Shown: positions 59,005-64,000 of the stretch, one piece after another
How the letters are laid out: every line of letters begins with the position of its first letter
Position numbering within the stretch: position 1 is the stretch's first letter
Assembly: GCA_964448725.1 (NCBI GenBank)
Contig: CAYVAJ010000001.1
Coordinates: 135,525-199,524 of the forward strand
Direction of reading: 5' to 3'
Origin: an uncultured Gammaproteobacteria bacterium
GTDB taxonomy: Bacteria > Patescibacteriota > Microgenomatia > Levybacterales > GWA1-39-11
DNA: 64,000 bases
Program-made: the position numbers and the translations under genes
Notes under the pieces: model-generated
Databases searched by the model: none
The model's input: the letters and a program-made list of their open reading frames with translations, nothing else
What the model was told of the DNA's origin: nothing

Positions 59005-60924
59005 ATGGCAAAAATTATTGGTATTGATTTAGGTACAACAAATTCAGCAGTAGCTGTTATGGAAGGTGGCAGCCCAAAAATAATATTCTCATCTGAAGGG
59101 CGAAATGTCACACCATCTGTTGTTGATCCTGTTGATAGGATTGTAGGCGATGTTGCAAAGCGTCAGATGGCATTGAAGCCAAAAAGAATTATCTATTCTA
59201 TCAAACGACTAATGGGGCATCGCTTTAAAGATGAGGCAGTTCAAGAAGAGCTGAAACGACTTCCTTACACAATCAAGGAAGGACGAGATGGTATGGCGGT
59301 AGTGGAAGTAGAAGGAAAAACATATACTCCGCAGGAAATTTCAGCACAGATTCTCCAAAAATTGAAAAAGGATGCAGAAAGTTATCTGGGTGAGACAGTA
59401 TCCCAGGCAGTTATTACGGTTCCTGCTTACTTTGATGATGCGCAGCGTCAAGCAACTAAGCAAGCTGGTGAAATTGCTGGTCTTGAAGTACTGCGGGTGG
59501 TTAACGAGCCAACTGCAGCAGCGCTTGCATATGGATTGGATAAAAAGCATGCACACACTATTGCGGTGTATGATCTTGGAGGTGGAACATTTGATATTTC
59601 TCTTCTCGAATTGGGAGAGGGTGTCTATGAAGTAAAGGCTACAAATGGTGATACGCATCTTGGTGGAGATGATTTTGATAAAGCAATAATTGATTGGCTC
59701 GCTGATGAATTTAAAAAAGAGAATGGAGTTGATCTCAGACAGGATCCTCAAGCACTACAACGACTAAAAGAATCTGCAGAAAAAGCAAAGATCGAGCTTT
59801 CCACATCAATGGAAACAGAGATTAATCAACCGTTTATTACCATGGGACAAAATGGTCCATTGCATTTGACTGTCAAATTATCACGAAGTAAGTTGGAACA
59901 GCTTATCGATGATCTTGTACAACGAACATTTAAGCCAGTTGAGGATGCATTAAAAGACGCAGGACTCTCTGCTAACCAAATCGATGAAGTAATTCTTGTC
60001 GGTGGTATGACTCGCATGCCAAAAATAGTTGAAGCAGTCACAAAATTCTTCGGCAAAGAACCAAACAAAAGCGTAAATCCTGATGAAGTAGTTGCAATCG
60101 GTGCTGCTGTTCAAGCGGGAGTACTTGGTGGAGATGTAAAAGACGTATTGTTATTGGATGTTACTCCATTAACTCTTGGCATTGAGACACTTGGTTCAGT
60201 TGCGACTCCACTTATTCCACGAAATACTACAATTCCAACAAAGAAGTCTCAGGTTTTCTCAACTGCAGCAGATAATCAAACACAAGTTGAGATTCATGTT
60301 GTACAAGGTGAGCGGCCTATGGCACCAGATAACAAATCACTTGGTAAATTCATCTTAGATGGTATTCCGCCAGCTCCTCGAGGTGTACCTCAGATTGAGG
60401 TATCATTTGATCTAGATGCATCAGGTATATTGTCAGTTACTGCAAAAGACAAAGCATCAGGTAAAGAACAGAGTATTAAAATTACTGGATCTACTGGTCT
60501 GACCGATGAAGAGATTCAGAAAATGACACAGGAAGCAGAGAAAAATGCAGAAGAAGACGCAAAGAAAAAAGAGTTAATCGAAGCAAAAAATCTCGCTGAG
60601 AATACAGCCTTTACTGCTGAGAAATCTCTCAAAGATGCAGGAGATAAAGTTGCAGAAGATCTCAAAAAAGAGATCACTGATAAGGTTGCAGCAGTTCGCG
60701 AAGCAGTTAAAGGAGATAATAAGGAAGAAATTACTGCAAAAACAAATGAACTCTCAGAGAGTATGCAAAAAATAGGTGAAGCAATGTATTCTGCAGAACA
60801 GAATGCTTCAGGACCGCAAGGAACTACTGATTCAACCACAGAGGAATCGTCTACTGATACTTCAGAAGGAGCAAAAAAAGACTCAGACGAGCCTGTTGAA
60901 GGTGAAGTAGTTGATGAGAAATAA
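59005..60924 (+). CDS. dnaK: Chaperone DnaK
   Basis: '[11 protein letters not shown]', '[14 protein letters not shown]', 'DLGGGTFD', 'NPDEVVA.GAA', '[12 protein letters not shown]'. Confidence 0.98.
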   Translation: MAKIIGIDLGTTNSAVAVMEGGSPKIIFSSEGRNVTPSVVDPVDRIVGDVAKRQMALKPKRIIYSIKRLMGHRFKDEAVQEELKRLPYTIKEGRDGMAVVEVEGKTYTPQEISAQILQKLKKDAESYLGETVSQAVITVPAYFDDAQRQATKQAGEIAGLEVLRVVNEPTAAALAYGLDKKHAHTIAVYDLGGGTFDISLLELGEGVYEVKATNGDTHLGGDDFDKAIIDWLADEFKKENGVDLRQDPQALQRLKESAEKAKIELSTSMETEINQPFITMGQNGPLHLTVKLSRSKLEQLIDDLVQRTFKPVEDALKDAGLSANQIDEVILVGGMTRMPKIVEAVTKFFGKEPNKSVNPDEVVAIGAAVQAGVLGGDVKDVLLLDVTPLTLGIETLGSVATPLIPRNTTIPTKKSQVFSTAADNQTQVEIHVVQGERPMAPDNKSLGKFILDGIPPAPRGVPQIEVSFDLDASGILSVTAKDKASGKEQSIKITGSTGLTDEEIQKMTQEAEKNAEEDAKKKELIEAKNLAENTAFTAEKSLKDAGDKVAEDLKKEITDKVAAVREAVKGDNKEEITAKTNELSESMQKIGEAMYSAEQNASGPQGTTDSTTEESSTDTSEGAKKDSDEPVEGEVVDEK

Positions 60925-61044
60925 TCTTCTAGTTACCTAACTTCTAAAAGGTAAATTGGTTTCATCACCGTTTGAGTAATTTTCAAGCTAATTTTCTTTT
61001 CTTCCTGTTTGTATAGATTTTCTTTTTTGTGATACTATTAATAT

Positions 61045-61341
61045 ATGCAAGCTTCTTGTGCTCAGAACGAAGTACATACTGATTTTGGGTGTATTCCAAA
61101 TGATCCGATTGGATTTGTTGAGAAATTTTATGGTATTGGATTATCGATTATTGGAATGGTTGCCCTGCTTTTTCTGATTATCGGAGGTTATTATATCCTT
61201 ACTTCACAAGGAAGCCCTGAAAAACTGCAAAAAGGTAGAGAGTATATCCTTTATTCTATCTTAGGATTGTTACTGGCAGTATTTGGATTTGTTTTTGTGC
61301 AAATAATTACCGGAGTATTACAGATTCCAGGATTTAGCTAA
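61045..61341 (+). CDS. TrbC/VirB2-like pilin (CPR type)
   Basis: 'C...VHTDFGCIP', two TM separated by 'GGY..LTSQGSPEKLQKGRE.I'. Confidence 0.8.
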   Translation: MQASCAQNEVHTDFGCIPNDPIGFVEKFYGIGLSIIGMVALLFLIIGGYYILTSQGSPEKLQKGREYILYSILGLLLAVFGFVFVQIITGVLQIPGFS

Positions 61342-61349
61342 AAGACCGT

Positions 61350-63719
61350 ATGAAAAAATTTCTGCCCAAAATTGTATTAGTTTTCTTCTTTTCTTTTGTT
61401 TTCCTTGTATTTGGAACAACTATTCATGCAAGTGGTCCTGCAACTCCTGCTCCTTCTGAGGTTTCTGTTGAGGACTGGGTAGAAGATCCAGAGGTTACAT
61501 TTGTGGGAAAAGCAGCAAATCGTGCCAATGATTTTTTGAACTGGACGCTGCAGAATTATGACTGGTTATGTGTACAAAAAGTAAATGATACTTGTGATAA
61601 TAGCGATAATCCACTTGTTGAATTTTGGGCACTTGTCCGCAATATCGTATACGCATTAATGCTCTTATTTGTACTCGGAACTGCGTTTGTAATCATTATC
61701 ACGCGTGGCCAAAATATTACCATAATGCGATTTGTTCCTCGATTTATCGCAATTATTGTGCTCGTAACCTTATCGTTTGCACTTGTACAGTTCTTATATG
61801 TTTTCATTGATATAATTCAAGGATTTTTCCTCAAGCCTGACGGGAAGATAATCTCATCAGCAGATCTTTTGTACATTGCTTTTCCATATGAATTTACTGG
61901 TTATCGTGCGGTAAGTGCTGCCAATGATGAGTCAGCTTTTATTTCCTTGTTGCTTATTAAGCTTACTGCAATCACCTATTATGTGATGACAGGAGTGCTG
62001 TTAGTACGAAAAATTATTTTATGGTTTTTCCTTATTGTCTCTCCTATTTTTCCATTACTTATTTTTTATAGTCCTATTCGTAACACTGCAAAAATCTGGG
62101 TTGGTGAATTTTTCCGATGGCTTCTGTATGCGCCGCTTTTTGCACTTTTCTTGCACGGATTAGTGGTAATGTGGAGAGATAAAATCCCATTAGCATTTGA
62201 TTTTACCACTCGTGTACCAGGAACAGATATACTCTATCCTACTTCAATAAATATTCTCCTTGGTGGTCCTGGTCAGGATATTGGATTCTATAATTCAGTA
62301 AACTTACCTGATACTTTTGCCCTGTATGTTGTAGCACTCATTATGCTTTGGGTAGTTATTTTACTACCATTTTTGCTACTTCGTATTTTTCTCGATTATT
62401 TGAATTCAGTTTCTATTGGCGGATTTATGTCAAAACAGGTTAATAAAAATTTCGCATTTTTGAATCCAAGAAGTCCATCAGGAGGACCTATGCCACCACC
62501 GCCGCCTGGAAAGGTGTTCCCTACTGGTATGGCTCGTCAATTGCCATTTTTGAATAAGCGTGGTGCGACAATTGAGGCAGGACGTCCTCTCGCTACAAAT
62601 ACGAATGTTCGATCAACAGTAAGTCAGCCAGCTGCAGTTCGTGAAGTAAATGATGTATTGAAGTCAATTAATATTAGTGTGCCAAAAATGCAGGATGTGG
62701 TGAAATATGAACGAGCACTCTTGAGCAATAATGTTACTGAAAGACAGCAAGCAACGCAGTTGAACGAGACATTAGCAAAGATTGCAAATCCAGCAAATGT
62801 TACATCTATTACTGAACGTCAACAATTCAGCCAAGTACATGAAAAATTAAAGAGTCAGCAAGATCGAGGTAATCCGCTTGCAACCTCTATTTTGACAGCT
62901 GCGGTGAAAACAACAGTAACACATAAAGTTGACGTTGACCAGCAACTGAGAACAATGCTGCAGCAGTTGTCCAATCCATCCATTTCCAATCCAAAACTGA
63001 GAACTAAGATGACAACACTTAAATCTCAGTTGTTAGGGGCACAGCAAGGAGGGAATAATCTTGCAACAACAGTGCTGTCTGTTTCTGAAAAAATACAGAA
63101 AAAAGAACTCTCTCCTGAACAAGAAAAAGTAGCAATTGAAGAAATTAAGAACAAAATTGAGGAACAAAAACAAGCAGAAGATCCAGTAGCACAATCAGTT
63201 GTCACAACGATGCAGGAAGCACAAGAAGTGACTGCAACACAATCACTGCCAGTTGTAAATCGAGTGCAACAAGTCAGCATTGAGGACTATGAAGAGGTAC
63301 GCAAGATGTGGGTAGAAAACTATGAAACCTTGGAACCTCCAACAACATTAGAAGGTAAACAGCTTGAGCGTGAGGAATGGGTTAACAGCGATATACAAAA
63401 AATTAATGAAGCGATCACATTACTTTCTTCTGTTGAACCTGAAAAAGTAACTGAAGGAATGGATATGGTAGGAAGCATTTTGCCATTCCTGCTTATGGGA
63501 GGATTCTCAAAATCAGAAGTTGTTGCCTATCTCAAGGCAAAACTTGCAGCAGCAAAATCAATTGTAGAGGCAAATCGTAAGAAACAAGAAGAAGAAGACA
63601 TGATGCTGGATCGCAAGGAAGCAACAACAGAGGCAAAACAAATGACTATGCAGAGAGAAGCAGAACTACCGCAGACACCAAAAGAACTTGGTCCAGACGA
63701 TGAATCTCAACAGTCATAG
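61350..63719 (+). CDS. VirB6/TrbL-like membrane protein with large C-terminal helical domain
   Basis: 'W..VRNIVY', 'R.IILWF.LIVSPIFPLL...P......W..EF..W' resemble CPR VirB6-like proteins; follows the pilin. Confidence 0.6.
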   Translation: MKKFLPKIVLVFFFSFVFLVFGTTIHASGPATPAPSEVSVEDWVEDPEVTFVGKAANRANDFLNWTLQNYDWLCVQKVNDTCDNSDNPLVEFWALVRNIVYALMLLFVLGTAFVIIITRGQNITIMRFVPRFIAIIVLVTLSFALVQFLYVFIDIIQGFFLKPDGKIISSADLLYIAFPYEFTGYRAVSAANDESAFISLLLIKLTAITYYVMTGVLLVRKIILWFFLIVSPIFPLLIFYSPIRNTAKIWVGEFFRWLLYAPLFALFLHGLVVMWRDKIPLAFDFTTRVPGTDILYPTSINILLGGPGQDIGFYNSVNLPDTFALYVVALIMLWVVILLPFLLLRIFLDYLNSVSIGGFMSKQVNKNFAFLNPRSPSGGPMPPPPPGKVFPTGMARQLPFLNKRGATIEAGRPLATNTNVRSTVSQPAAVREVNDVLKSINISVPKMQDVVKYERALLSNNVTERQQATQLNETLAKIANPANVTSITERQQFSQVHEKLKSQQDRGNPLATSILTAAVKTTVTHKVDVDQQLRTMLQQLSNPSISNPKLRTKMTTLKSQLLGAQQGGNNLATTVLSVSEKIQKKELSPEQEKVAIEEIKNKIEEQKQAEDPVAQSVVTTMQEAQEVTATQSLPVVNRVQQVSIEDYEEVRKMWVENYETLEPPTTLEGKQLEREEWVNSDIQKINEAITLLSSVEPEKVTEGMDMVGSILPFLLMGGFSKSEVVAYLKAKLAAAKSIVEANRKKQEEEDMMLDRKEATTEAKQMTMQREAELPQTPKELGPDDESQQS

Positions 63720-63802
63720 TGGTTGTTAGTGCTACTCAAGTGTGTCTATAATAGAGAAAGTCAGAAGTAAAACTAAGAAGTCAGACGTAAATTTTAATTA
63801 GT

Positions 63803-64000
63803 ATGTTTGGAAATTTATTTAATCAAAAAAAAGATTCTGAAGAGCAGAATGTGCCAGTTACACCATCGGTGCAGCAACCGCAGCCGCCACAAATGGTGCA
63901 AACCGGAAGTGTACAGCAAACGACTACTGGATTTGGTATACAAGCAGGCGTGCCTGTAGTAGGACCAGCTATTTTTACTCAAACTGATACGGTGACAAAT
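63803..64000 (+). CDS. 5' part of a hypothetical protein running off the window end
   Basis: ATG 63803, 66 open codons (MFGNLFNQKKDSEEQNVPVTP...). Confidence 0.6.
   Translation, partial: MFGNLFNQKKDSEEQNVPVTPSVQQPQPPQMVQTGSVQQTTTGFGIQAGVPVVGPAIFTQTDTVTN

Noticed and set aside
60940-61030. Terminator after dnaK
   Set aside because: T-rich, but no convincing GC-rich stem could be defined.

Overview
A 64-kb, AT-rich (about 35-37% GC by eye), densely packed chromosomal segment. It is most consistent with a Patescibacteria/CPR bacterium of the Microgenomates type, an inference from gene content: a VirD4-like protein, a VirB2-like pilin next to a VirB6-like gene, many GT-C glycosyltransferases, and short HrcA and UvrD. 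Standard genetic code. It contains housekeeping genes (tpiA, pcrA/uvrD, rpsT, murJ, lepA, groES/EL, tatD, metG, hrcA-grpE-dnaK, hsp20) and three tRNAs (Ile-UAU, Ser-GCU, Ser-UGA). A 13-kb minus-strand operon joins PilN/PilO-like genes, a surface protein and lipid-linked glycosylation genes. Best candidate for an undescribed system: a surface-display pathway. Unrelated surface proteins share an N-terminal signal (P-x-T-L-x3-[KE]-Q-x-Q-D-x-R-x2-A-A) and/or a C-terminal PPGS+TM signal, carry cohesin or dockerin modules and Pro/Thr linkers, and lie beside the glycosylation genes. Other highlights: a tRNA-Ile with a UAU anticodon, a structured 106-bp unit duplicating a tRNA 3' end, a variant CIRCE operator, a pseudoknot-capable hsp20 leader, many apparently leaderless genes, a hygromycin-kinase-like APH, an ATP-cone/nuclease fusion, a 26-aa ORF missing from the track, a nonsense-split gene and 7-nt-period arrays. 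No CRISPR array, rRNA, transposase, integrase or prophage was recognised. All family assignments come from motif recognition by eye, not database searches.
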